A stretch of 64,000 nucleotides of DNA from the NCBI GenBank assembly GCA_963775425.1, contig CAVZJB010000016.1, forward strand, positions 576,001-640,000. Direction: 5' to 3'. The stretch comes from an uncultured delta proteobacterium. GTDB taxonomy: Bacteria > Myxococcota > UBA727 > VGSZ01. The notes under the pieces are model-generated. The model searched no databases, was not told where the DNA came from, and saw only the letters and a list, made by a program, of their open reading frames with translations. The position numbers and the translations under genes were made by a program. Below, piece by piece: positions 12,175-23,112 of the stretch. Numbering within the stretch: position 1 is the first letter of the stretch; each line of letters begins with the position of its first letter.

Positions 12175-12883
12175 GCGGCGGCGAGAATCCGACGACGACA
12201 AGCCGCCGCATGGCGCCACGCACGCGAAGCCGGCGACGACGACAAGTCGCCGCATGGCGCCACGCACGCGAAGCCGGCGACGACGACAAGCCGCCGCATG
12301 GCGCATGCACGCGAAGCCGGCGACGACGACAAGTCGCCGCATGGCGGCACGCACGCGAAGCTGGCGACGACGACGAGTCGCCGCATGGCGGCACGCACGC
12401 GAAGCGGCGACGACGACAAGCCGCCGCATGGCGGCACGCACGCGAGGCCGGCGAGGACGACAAGTCGCCGCATGGCGGCACGCACGCGAAGCCGGCGACG
12501 ACGACAAGCCGCCGCATGGCGGCACGCACGCGGGCGACGACGACAAGTCGCCACGCACGCGAAGCCGGGGACGACGAGCCCGGCACCCGGGACCAACCAG
12601 GAAGGCGGCGACGACGAGCGCGGCACGGGAAGCGAGGCGGGGCGCGAACGAGGGGCCGGACGAGCCCCCTGCTCTCCTCGCGCCGCGCGTACAAAAGGCA
12701 CTCCGCGGAACAGATGAGATCGCCCGCGTGCTGCGCGAGACGCACGACGCCACGCGCGCCGCACGCCGCGTCGAGGCCGCGCGCGACGACGAGCCCGGCC
12801 CCCGGCACCAACCAGGAGCCCGGCGACGACAGGAGGCCGGCGACGAGCCCGGCGAGGCGGGGCGCGAACGACGGGTGGGACGA

Positions 12884-12907
12884 GGCGGGGGACGAGCCCC
12901 GCCCTAC
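12884..12907 (-). repeat. REP-like palindrome with GTAG foot (copy 3)
   Basis: Same element with one base missing from the stem. Confidence 0.7.
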
Positions 12908-13161
12908 GCGCGCCTGGCGCTTCAGACCTACGCCGAGCTCCTCGAGGCGGGGGCCGTGCACCTGCCGGCGCTGCGCAGGCTCGTGCCGGACGACGACGAC
13001 AAGCCCCCAAGTGGAGACGCGGCGAAGGCGGCCGCCGCAGTCTGCTGCGAGGCCGCCTTCGCCGCGTCTCGGGGACCGCGTCATTCGGAGGAGCGATCGG
13101 TTCTCGCGAAAGCGCGAGCTCCGCGAGCGGGCGCACCGCGGCTGACGAACAAGCGGGGGGG

Positions 13162-13195
13162 CCCCACGCGGAGCGTGGGGGGGCCCGAAGGGCCC
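13162..13195 (-). terminator. Tandem GC-rich hairpins just after gltC (possible terminator or RNA stabiliser)
   Basis: CCCCACGC-GGA-GCGTGGGG followed by GGGCCC-GAA-GGGCCC; only a weak U tract. Confidence 0.4.
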
Positions 13196-13220
13196 GGCTG
13201 TCCGCGCGCGTCAGCGCGCA

Positions 13221-14813
13221 CTAATCGAAGCACTCGGTCTTGATGGTGAACTCGTAGTAGCCGAGCTCGTCGATCCAGTACTCGTTGCGGAACCACCAGA
13301 ACTGGAAGGTGTCGTCGGGGATGAAGGGGCGCGGCTGGCGCTTGCGCTGGGCGTTCACGATGGCCTTGCCCTGCTCGAGCCAGTCCGCCTCCGCCGTCTT
13401 GGTCTCGAGGGCCACGAGCGCGGCGCGGGTGGTGATGTCGCTCAGCTCGCCCGCCATGTCGCTGACCTTGGTCTTCAGGTACTTGCCGACGACGGCGAGG
13501 TAGGCGTCGCGGGTGTCGTTGGCGAAGTCCGTCATCTCACGGCCCATGTCGCTCTTGGCGAAGGTCTCGTTCTTGCCGAACACCTTCGCCTCGCGATCGA
13601 TCTCGTTGAGGAAGTCCTCCATCTTGGAGAACCGGGGATCCTTCGAGATGGCGAGGGCCACCTGGCGCGGCAGGAGGTCCTTGTTGGCGTCGGGGCTCTT
13701 GATGGACTTCTGCAGCAGCGGGTACCACTCGTCGAGCGAGAAGTTCTTGCCCACCATGTCCTGCAGGTGCTTGGTCATCGGCTCGTACGTGGCCTTGGTC
13801 TCGTCGATGATCGTGTTCACCCGGTCCCACTGGCAGTTGTAGTAGTAGATGATGGCCTGGAGGATCTGCGCCTCCGGGTAGAACTCGTCCTTGAAGTACG
13901 GCGCGTGCAGCGAGTGCAGCGCACCGAGCGCGCGGCCGTAGTCGTTGCCCTTGCCGCTCACGGCGTACGCCCACGCGCGCTCGAAGAGCGCCTCGGCCCA
14001 GTTGTCGGAGAAGCGCGGGATCTTGGTGAACTCGATCTGCGCGTTGCGCAGGCCGTCGGCGCGCTTGGGGTCGCCGTCGTCGAGCTGGTAGGCCTCTTCG
14101 TAGTAGGTGCGGCCGATGGCCAGGCCGGCGAGGTCCTTGAGCTCGAGGAGGCGCTTGTCGGTGGTGCCGTCGGGGACCGCGTGCCGCGCGCGCTCGAAGG
14201 CGTCGATGGCGTCGTCGTACTTGGGCGCGTAGTTGTCGCTGCGGCCGACGCCGAGGCGCACGAGGCCGATCATGTACTGCGCCTCGGGGTAGCTCGGGTT
14301 GCCCGGCTTCACGGTGCCGAGGAACTCCTTGGCGTCCTTGTAGTTGGCGCGGTTGAACGCGTAGCGGCCGAGGACGTAGTGGACCCGCTGGAGGATCTCG
14401 GGGTTCATGCGCTGCAGCGCCGGCGCGTTTTCGTTGGTGTAGATGGAGTCGAGGATCTGCGGGGTCTTCAGGTCGTCGTGGAGCTGCTCACCGACGTCGA
14501 CCAGGCCCTCCACGGCCTTGTCGAAGTGGGGGTGATCGTTGCCGACCTTGACGATGTCCTCGTAGTACTTGAGCGCCGCCAGCGGCAGCCCCAGCTTCTC
14601 GAACGACTTGGCGAGGCCGTACTGGGCCTCGGCGATGTCGCCCTGGTCGCCCTCCTCGCTGAAGCGCAGGACGGCGTAGAACTGCGCCGCCGCGACCTCG
14701 TAGTCCTGCTTTTTGAAGGCGCTGATGGCCTTGTCGATGTTCTGCGCCTGCGCCCCCTGCGAGGCGAGGAGCGCCCCGATGGCGACGATGACGGTTGCGC
14801 ACAGATTCTTCAT
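13221..14813 (-). CDS. gltC: Gliding motility TPR protein GltC
   Basis: Signal peptide, TPRs (WAEALFERAWA), C-terminal FWWFRNEYWIDELGYYEFTIKTEC typical of GltC. Confidence 0.85.
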   Translation of the reverse strand: MKNLCATVIVAIGALLASQGAQAQNIDKAISAFKKQDYEVAAAQFYAVLRFSEEGDQGDIAEAQYGLAKSFEKLGLPLAALKYYEDIVKVGNDHPHFDKAVEGLVDVGEQLHDDLKTPQILDSIYTNENAPALQRMNPEILQRVHYVLGRYAFNRANYKDAKEFLGTVKPGNPSYPEAQYMIGLVRLGVGRSDNYAPKYDDAIDAFERARHAVPDGTTDKRLLELKDLAGLAIGRTYYEEAYQLDDGDPKRADGLRNAQIEFTKIPRFSDNWAEALFERAWAYAVSGKGNDYGRALGALHSLHAPYFKDEFYPEAQILQAIIYYYNCQWDRVNTIIDETKATYEPMTKHLQDMVGKNFSLDEWYPLLQKSIKSPDANKDLLPRQVALAISKDPRFSKMEDFLNEIDREAKVFGKNETFAKSDMGREMTDFANDTRDAYLAVVGKYLKTKVSDMAGELSDITTRAALVALETKTAEADWLEQGKAIVNAQRKRQPRPFIPDDTFQFWWFRNEYWIDELGYYEFTIKTECFD

Positions 14814-14823
14814 GGTCGCTGCC

Positions 14824-15759
14824 TCAGAAGACGAACGAAACGCCGGCCTGGCCCAGCACGAGGTTGGTGACGTCGAAGCTCGGCCCGTCCGCGTCTTCGA
14901 CGTCCTGCTCCCGCACGGACAGCGGGATGACGTAGTCGCGCACCTCGAAGCGGACGCCGAGCCAGTCGGTGAAGTAGAAGCGGAGCCCGCCGCCGAACGT
15001 CGTCGACAGCGCCATGGTGGGGAGCGCGCCGAAGGTGGGCGGCAGGTTCACGTAGGCCTTCTGCACGCCGTTTTGCGTGAGGCTCTCGAGCTGCAGGCCG
15101 AACACGCCGGCGCCGACGGAGAGGTAGAGGTTGAACTGGCCCAGGACGAGGTCGTGGATGTCGACCTTGCCGTACAGCGGGCTCCACTGCGCGTCGCCGG
15201 CGACGACCCAGGGGAACTGGTAGAGCTTCACGCGCTCCGGGGCGAGCGCCTCCTTCTCACGCAGCTCGACGGTGAGCTCGCTGTCGCGGCCGCCGAAGCG
15301 CGGCCCGCCGACGTCCCACCAGCCGAACGCGCCGGCGGCGACCTCGAACGCGACGTTCTCCTGCAGGTGGTAGAGGCCCGACACGAGGATGCCCGTGTGC
15401 GACGTGAACGAGTCGTTCACGCTCTGCGCGAGCTGGGGCGCGACCTCGAACTTGCCCTTGGCGAGGAACGGCTTTCCCTGCACGACGTAGATGGTCTCTT
15501 CGACGGGCGCCTGCTGCGGCGGGGCGTCCCCCGCGCCGGACGCGGCCTTGTCGCCGCCGCCGGCGTCCGCGGGCTTGTCGGCGTCGCCCGCGTCGCCGGC
15601 GTCGCCGGAGTCGGAGGCGTCGCCGGCGTCGCCGGAGTCGGAGGCGTCGCCGGAGTCGCCGGAGTCGGGCGCCTTGTCGAGGACGTCATCCTGCGCGAAG
15701 GCGGCGCCGGCGGAGAGCACGGTGGTGGTGGCGAGGGCGAGGATCAGGTGCTTGGTCAT
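14824..15759 (-). CDS. Myxobacterial OM beta-barrel protein, GltA/GltB family (GltA by position)
   Basis: VVQGKPFLAKGKFEVAP..SVND, WSPLYGK, RFEVRDY motifs; terminal F; acidic DSGDA repeat linker. Confidence 0.78.
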   Translation of the reverse strand: MTKHLILALATTTVLSAGAAFAQDDVLDKAPDSGDSGDASDSGDAGDASDSGDAGDAGDADKPADAGGGDKAASGAGDAPPQQAPVEETIYVVQGKPFLAKGKFEVAPQLAQSVNDSFTSHTGILVSGLYHLQENVAFEVAAGAFGWWDVGGPRFGGRDSELTVELREKEALAPERVKLYQFPWVVAGDAQWSPLYGKVDIHDLVLGQFNLYLSVGAGVFGLQLESLTQNGVQKAYVNLPPTFGALPTMALSTTFGGGLRFYFTDWLGVRFEVRDYVIPLSVREQDVEDADGPSFDVTNLVLGQAGVSFVF

Positions 15760-15769
15760 CGGTTCGCCC

Positions 15770-16621
15770 TCAGAGAAGGAGGCTCAGCCCCACCTGGAGC
15801 ATGGTGTTGTTGGAGATGTCCGGGTAGCACTGCCTGTCCGTGCCGACGACGAGCGTGTAGCCGTTTTGACAGTCCTGCTCGTCGCGGGTCTCGTGCTCTT
15901 GCACGTTGGGGTTGAGGCCGTTGTAGTTGCGCAGCTCCGCGCGGAGCGCGACGTACTTCCACGGGATGAGGCGGACGCCGATGCCGTAGTTGGCCGAGAA
16001 ACGGATGCCGCCGTCCTCGAAGGCGCCGGGCGTGTTGAGCGCGCGCTGGATGCCCTCGGCGCCGCCGCCGAGCAGCGCGTAGAGCTGGAAGTTCAGGTCG
16101 TACTCGGAGACCGCCGAGATCTTCCCGTAGATCGGCGCCCACTGCACGTCTGCGCCCGCAAACCACGTCGTCATCCACATGTCGGGGAGCTGCGGCTCGC
16201 AAGTGGGGACGCCGGGGAAGCAGGGTAGGTTGTCGCGCAAGCGCTTGGCGCTGCTGCCGTCGTTGCGCACGTTGCCGACGATGCCGGTCTCCTGGCCGAG
16301 GAGGTAGCCGCCGAACCCCTCGAGGGCGAGCCAGTCGAAGAGGTGGAAGGCGATGGCGCCGTGGCCTCCGGTGTGCTGCACGTACTTGTCGTTGAACGAG
16401 TAGTCGAAGACACCCGTCAGCTCGAGACGGTACTGCATGGGGTACAGCTTGTTGGCGATGAGCGGGGTGCCCGGCCGCGGCGCGCGCTCCTCGACGCGCT
16501 GGAAGGTCTCCGGCGTGTTCTTGCCCCCCTTGTCGGGGGCGGCGTCGGCCGGCTTTTCATCCTGCGCGAGAGCAGGGGCCGCACATGCGGCGACGAGGGC
16601 GAGCAGGACTGCGCGGATCAT
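15770..16621 (-). CDS. Myxobacterial OM beta-barrel protein, GltA/GltB family (GltB by position)
   Basis: Start MIRAVLL with GGAG RBS; KLYPMQYRLEL..FND, WAPIYGK, RAELRNY motifs. Confidence 0.78.
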   Translation of the reverse strand: MIRAVLLALVAACAAPALAQDEKPADAAPDKGGKNTPETFQRVEERAPRPGTPLIANKLYPMQYRLELTGVFDYSFNDKYVQHTGGHGAIAFHLFDWLALEGFGGYLLGQETGIVGNVRNDGSSAKRLRDNLPCFPGVPTCEPQLPDMWMTTWFAGADVQWAPIYGKISAVSEYDLNFQLYALLGGGAEGIQRALNTPGAFEDGGIRFSANYGIGVRLIPWKYVALRAELRNYNGLNPNVQEHETRDEQDCQNGYTLVVGTDRQCYPDISNNTMLQVGLSLLL

Positions 16622-16656
16622 GAGGCTCCTCGAGATGCGGCTGCGCTTGTACCACT

Positions 16657-18521
<1,865 letters not shown>

Positions 18522-18536
18522 CTAGCACGGGCCGGG

Positions 18537-19004
18537 ATGTGGTGGAAGAAGTACGAGCCCTTGCTCGAGCAAAAACCGATCTCGGGGGCCGAGGCGGTGA
18601 AGGACCTCGTCGCCAGGGAGCTCGTGGAGATGCTCGAGGCATTCCCCCCGGACGAGGCCGACGTGGCGTGGGAGGACCCCGCGCTCGAAAAGCGGCTGCG
18701 CGGACGGCTGGCCGGGTTGCCGCGGCTCGACGCGCCCTTCGTGGAGCTGCTCGCGCGCATCGTCACCCTCGATCTGCAGCACGAGATCGAGGCCATCGAC
18801 CACACGATGCGAAACGACCTCCACCGCGAGGCGGCGCCCACCCCGGCCCACGTCGACGCGCTGCACATGCTGTGGCGCGCGGTGGTCGAGCAGCTCTACC
18901 AGAGGAAGGACGAGGCGCGCGGTGTCCTCAAGGGCAAGGACCTCGTCGACATCGTAGAGAAGATGCGCGCCCGCTTCGCCGCCCGCGCCGCCGTCAGAAC
19001 ATGA
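18537..19004 (+). CDS. Hypothetical alpha-helical protein (155 aa)
   Basis: MWWKKYEPLL..., protein-like composition with GC-ending codons; divergent from eno. Confidence 0.7.
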   Translation: MWWKKYEPLLEQKPISGAEAVKDLVARELVEMLEAFPPDEADVAWEDPALEKRLRGRLAGLPRLDAPFVELLARIVTLDLQHEIEAIDHTMRNDLHREAAPTPAHVDALHMLWRAVVEQLYQRKDEARGVLKGKDLVDIVEKMRARFAARAAVRT

Positions 19005-20700
19005 AGCCCGCGCCGAGCGAGAACCCGGCGGTGAGGTTCAAGACGCTGCCGCCGTTGAGCTGCTCGAGCTGGCGTCCGACGAGCGCGAGCCGCGAGCCGC
19101 GCTCGCTGTAGGTGACGTTCACGCCCGTGGTCTGCCCGCGCACCTCGACGAAGAAGCCCGACGCGACGTCGAAGCGCCCCGCGATCGAGGCGTTCCAGCC
19201 GAGGGCCAGGGTCTTGGCGCCCGGGTTGTCCGGCGCCTCCTCGTAGAAGGTGAGCGGCAGTCCCTCGCCCCGCGCCTCCAGCTCCAGCCGGTGCGCGCCG
19301 AGCAGCACGGGGACGAACACCTCGAGCCCCACGCAGCCCGCGTGCAGCGTGTACCCCGGCACCACCGTCAGGTTCTGCTGCTGCCCGCCGACGTCGACGG
19401 TCTGGCTCTCGACGCTCGCGCCGAAGTAGCGGTAGCCCGCGCGCACGCCGAGGCCGATGCCGTTTTTCAGCGTGTAGCGCAGCTTCACGGCGCCGCCGGC
19501 GCGGGTCTGGATGGAGGTGAACTCCGCCGGCGTCACCGCGATGTCGCCGCCGCTGATCTTGAAGGGGACGGTGGCCACCGCGATCTCTCCATCCACGCCG
19601 AGCCACGGCAACGGCCACGCGTCCGCGAAGAAGCTCCCGCCCGGGTAGAACTTGGCGGCGACGCTGGTGTCGCCGACGCCGCCGCCATCGAAGCCGTAGT
19701 ACCAGGTGGCGCCGTCGAACGCGCCCGAGAGCGCGAAGCTGTGCGAGAGCTTGGGCGTGCCTTCGGCCGGCGCGTCCGCCGTGTCCTCGAGGTCGTCGAG
19801 CACCGCGTGCTTGTGGCCGTCCGCGTCGATCTCCACGCGCGCGATCTTCCGCGGTCCATCGTCGTCGAGGCGGGCGTGGTGCTTGTGCGACGAGGTGTGC
19901 GACGGGGTGTCGGCGGGGTCCGCGGAGCGGTTGAAGTCGAGGGGGCTCGCGTGGTGGTCGTCGCCCGCGTCGTGGACGACCTTGTGCGTGGGCGGGGGAT
20001 CGTCGTCGAGCACGCTGTGGACGACGGCGCGGCCGCGCGAGGAGCCGCCGTCGTCGTCCCCCTTGTGGCCCTTGGAGCTCGATGCGTGATCCTGGTCCTC
20101 GTCGACGAGCACCTCGTCGAGGATGCTGCCGCCGCCGCTCTTGGGCTTCTGCCGCTCGATGGGCCGCTGCGACGACCAGTGCTCGAGCGCGGGGCGCAGC
20201 GCGGAGGCGATGGAGCCCGCGGCCACATCGGGGGCGCTGCCGAGCGAGAGCTCGTCGAAGAAGCGCGCCCTGCCGTCCTTGCCGTACGCGGTGACGAGCA
20301 GCGCGTCCGGCGACTTGTCCCCGGGGCCGCGCTCGCCGCGCACGACGACGTCGACGTTGCGCGCGGCCATGGCGGCGCCGAGCGGACCCGGCTCGAAGGC
20401 CCGGCGGCCGCGCCGGTGCAGATCGCGCTCGAGCGGCCCCGCGTCGACGACCTCGATGCTCGCGACGAGCTCGAGCTCCAGCGCCAGCGCCTCCTGCGTG
20501 TCGGTGCCGCCGGCCCCCTTGCCGGTGAACGGCAGCACGGCGACGGCGAGCAGGCGGCTCGGCGCGCGGTGGTGCCTGCGGCGCGCCTCCGCCGGCCGCG
20601 CCGTCGTCAGGATGCTCACGCAGAGGAGAACGCCCGCGGCCCGGACGACCGTCGCCACTCGCACCGCCCGAGTGTAGCCGGCCGGCAGCTCCGAAATCAT
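18994..20700 (-). CDS. Exported protein with acidic/His-rich linker and C-terminal beta-barrel
   Basis: Signal peptide, VAVLPF N-domain, beta-strand C-terminus ending GFMF; start uncertain. Confidence 0.65.
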   Translation of the reverse strand: MISELPAGYTRAVRVATVVRAAGVLLCVSILTTARPAEARRRHHRAPSRLLAVAVLPFTGKGAGGTDTQEALALELELVASIEVVDAGPLERDLHRRGRRAFEPGPLGAAMAARNVDVVVRGERGPGDKSPDALLVTAYGKDGRARFFDELSLGSAPDVAAGSIASALRPALEHWSSQRPIERQKPKSGGGSILDEVLVDEDQDHASSSKGHKGDDDGGSSRGRAVVHSVLDDDPPPTHKVVHDAGDDHHASPLDFNRSADPADTPSHTSSHKHHARLDDDGPRKIARVEIDADGHKHAVLDDLEDTADAPAEGTPKLSHSFALSGAFDGATWYYGFDGGGVGDTSVAAKFYPGGSFFADAWPLPWLGVDGEIAVATVPFKISGGDIAVTPAEFTSIQTRAGGAVKLRYTLKNGIGLGVRAGYRYFGASVESQTVDVGGQQQNLTVVPGYTLHAGCVGLEVFVPVLLGAHRLELEARGEGLPLTFYEEAPDNPGAKTLALGWNASIAGRFDVASGFFVEVRGQTTGVNVTYSERGSRLALVGRQLEQLNGGSVLNLTAGFSLGAGFMF

Positions 20701-20738
20701 CGGTTGACCACCGGGCGAGCCGCGGCTACCGCGCCCCG

Positions 20739-21881
20739 ATGGCCGGCAAGACGTCGAAGCGGGCAAGCCCGCGCCGCGGGGGGCCGCCCCGCCGGCGTTC
20801 GCGCGCCGCGCAACCGAGCGCACAGCCGACCGCGGCGCCGGACCCCCGGGTCGTCGCGGTCACCGGCGCGTTCGGCAGCATCGGGCGTCGCGTGGTCCGG
20901 CTCCTCGAGCAGGATCCGGACGTCGAGCGGATCGTCGCCGTCGACGTCCGAAACGCCATGGAGCTCGCGGCGCGCGACGGCGAGCCCACCAATCCCAAGA
21001 GCTACCTGCAGGCGCACACGCGGTTGTCGGCGCACAGCGTCGACCTCACCGAGGCGGGCGCCGATCGCGAGCTCGCGGCGGTGCTGACGGCGGAGCGCGC
21101 GGGCTCGGTCATCCACCTGGCGTTCCTCTCCACGCCCACCCACGCGCACGAGATGGCCCACGAGCTCGAGACCATCGGCACGCTGTACGTGCTGCGGGCG
21201 GCGGCGGAGGCGCGGGCGGCGTCGTTGGTCTCCCTGTCGTCGTCGATGTGCTACGGCGCCCGCCCCGACAACCCCGCGTGGATCACGGAGGAGCAGCCGC
21301 TGCGCCCGCCCGACCACCGCGGCCTGCGCGACAAGGCCGAGGCCGACGGCGCCGTGCTCCGCTTCGGCGAGGAGCACGAGGACGTCGCCGTCGCCGTCGC
21401 CCGCGTCGGCGCCGTCCTCGGCACCGCGCCCGATCACTTCTGGACGCGCACCTTCGCGCGCCCCGTCGTTCCTGCGGTGCTCGGCTACGATCCGCTCCTG
21501 CAATTCCTGCTGCCGGATGACGCCGCCGAGGGCATCGTCGCCCTGTGGAAGGCGAGGGCGCGCGGAGCGTTCAACGTCGTCGGCCGCGGCGTGCTCCCGC
21601 TGTCGCACGTGCTCACGCGGCTCGGCCGCGCGCCGCTGTACCTGCCCGCGGGACTCGGCAAGAGCCTGGTGGGCGCGCTGTGGAGCGCGCAGCTCGTCGA
21701 GATGCCCAAGCACTTCCTCGACTTCCTGCGCTGGTCGTGGGTCTGCGACGGCGAGCGGCTGCGCAAGGAGACCGGCTTCTCCGCCGCCCACGACATCGCC
21801 ACCACCCTCGCCATCTTCCGCAGCACCCGCGGCAGCCCCTCGCTGCGCGCGCCGCCGGTGACGTTCGAGGAGGTCGCATGA
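20739..21881 (+). CDS. NAD-dependent epimerase/dehydratase family protein
   Basis: VAVTGAFGSIG, HLAF, SSSMCYGARPDNP. Confidence 0.85.
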   Translation: MAGKTSKRASPRRGGPPRRRSRAAQPSAQPTAAPDPRVVAVTGAFGSIGRRVVRLLEQDPDVERIVAVDVRNAMELAARDGEPTNPKSYLQAHTRLSAHSVDLTEAGADRELAAVLTAERAGSVIHLAFLSTPTHAHEMAHELETIGTLYVLRAAAEARAASLVSLSSSMCYGARPDNPAWITEEQPLRPPDHRGLRDKAEADGAVLRFGEEHEDVAVAVARVGAVLGTAPDHFWTRTFARPVVPAVLGYDPLLQFLLPDDAAEGIVALWKARARGAFNVVGRGVLPLSHVLTRLGRAPLYLPAGLGKSLVGALWSAQLVEMPKHFLDFLRWSWVCDGERLRKETGFSAAHDIATTLAIFRSTRGSPSLRAPPVTFEEVA

Positions 21882-22711
21882 CGACGGCGCACGACGCGCA
21901 CAAGCGCGGCGCGGACAAGACGAGCTCCGACTGGCTCGACGAGGCGGGCTTCGATCCGTTCGGGCGCGACCCCGACATCGAGGCGCGCCTGCGCCCGTTC
22001 CTCGACGCCCTCGTCGACAAGGTCTTCAAGGTGCAGATCGAGGGCGCCGAGAACCTGCCCGCGGCGGGCCGCGTGCTGCTCGTCGCCAACCACGGCGGCG
22101 CGCTGCCGTGGGACGCGCTGGTGCTCTGCGTGGCGCTCTCGCGCTTCGGCCGCACCGTGCGCCCGCTCGTCGAGGACCCGGTGATGACGGCGCCGTTCCT
22201 CGGCACGCTGATGACCCGCCTCGGCTGTGTGCGCGCGAGCCAGGACAACGCCGTCCGCCTGCTCGAGCGCGAAGAGGCCGTGGCCGTGTTCCCCGAGGGC
22301 ATGCTCGGCCTCGGCAAGCTCTACCGGCGCCGCCACAAGCTCCAGCGCTTCGGCCGCGGCGGCTTCGTGCGGCTCGCGCACAAGACGGGCGCGCCGCTGT
22401 TGCCCATCGCCATCGTCGGCGCCGAGGACACGGCGCCGCTCCTCGGCAAGGTCGAGGTGTTCTTCCGCGGCAGCGGGCTGGTGCCGTACCTGCCGGTGAC
22501 GCCGACGTTCCCCCTGCTCGGGCCGCTCGGCCTGCTCCCCTTGCCGGCGCGCTGGCGCATCCGCATCGGCGCGCCCATCGATCCGAAGACCGCCCTCGCA
22601 AACGGCGCCGACGACATCTCCGTCGGCGAGCTGGCGTCGCAGGTGCGCACGCGGATCCAACACGACGTCGACGAGCTCGTAGAATCGCGGGGGAAGCAGG
22701 TATGGCTCTAA
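21878..22711 (+). CDS. Lysophospholipid/glycerol acyltransferase family protein
   Basis: LVANHGGALPWD (HX5D-type), VFPEG, FGRGGFV; ATGA-coupled to the epimerase. Confidence 0.88.
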   Translation: MTTAHDAHKRGADKTSSDWLDEAGFDPFGRDPDIEARLRPFLDALVDKVFKVQIEGAENLPAAGRVLLVANHGGALPWDALVLCVALSRFGRTVRPLVEDPVMTAPFLGTLMTRLGCVRASQDNAVRLLEREEAVAVFPEGMLGLGKLYRRRHKLQRFGRGGFVRLAHKTGAPLLPIAIVGAEDTAPLLGKVEVFFRGSGLVPYLPVTPTFPLLGPLGLLPLPARWRIRIGAPIDPKTALANGADDISVGELASQVRTRIQHDVDELVESRGKQVWL

Positions 22712-23061
22712 TCCACGTCGCTTGCCCCGCGTGCAAGAAGGTCCACGACTTCGACGGCATGGTGCCGTTCCGCGCCGAGTGCGACGCGTGCAGCGCCGAC
22801 CTCCACGTGTGCCTCACGTGCCGCTTCTACGACCGCTACGCCGAAAACGAGTGCCGCGAGGACCAGGCGGACCCCGTGCAAAACAAGGACCGCAGGAACC
22901 TCTGCGAGTACTGGAAGCCGCGCGACGACGACGACGCCGGCGACGACGCCGCCCGCGCCAAGGCGAAGCTCGCGGCGCTCTTCTCCGGCGCGGCCGCGCC
23001 CGCTGACGAGCCGGCGGACGAGGCCCGGCGCAAGCTCGAGGCCCTCTTCAAGAAGAAGTAG
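22702..23061 (+). CDS. Small Cys-rich putative Zn-binding protein
   Basis: CPAC..CDAC..LHVCLTCRFYD..C..NLCEY. Confidence 0.78.
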   Translation: MALIHVACPACKKVHDFDGMVPFRAECDACSADLHVCLTCRFYDRYAENECREDQADPVQNKDRRNLCEYWKPRDDDDAGDDAARAKAKLAALFSGAAAPADEPADEARRKLEALFKKK

Positions 23062-23112
23062 GCGCGGCGTCTCACGCGCCCGTCGCCGGCGCCGACGGGC
23101 TAGGCTCGCGGC

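Larger units (their letters stand above)
11845..12570. repeat. Tandem array of a 44-bp unit (GCGAAGCCGGCGACGACGACAAGYCGCCGCATGGCGGCACGCAC) containing a 213-bp direct duplication
   Basis: Units start at 12011, 12224, 12268, 12311, 12355, 12399, 12442 and 12486, plus partial copies; 11845-12057 is nearly identical to 12058-12270. Confidence 0.92.

Noticed and set aside
11845-12570. CRISPR array
   Set aside because: Units are head-to-tail with no unique spacers; no cas genes or AT-rich leader in the window
11329-13243. Long ORFs across the repeat region, including the 1639-aa extension of gltD
   Set aside because: Open only because the GC-rich repeats lack stops; the 44-bp period cycles through frames; gltD has a signal peptide from 11328
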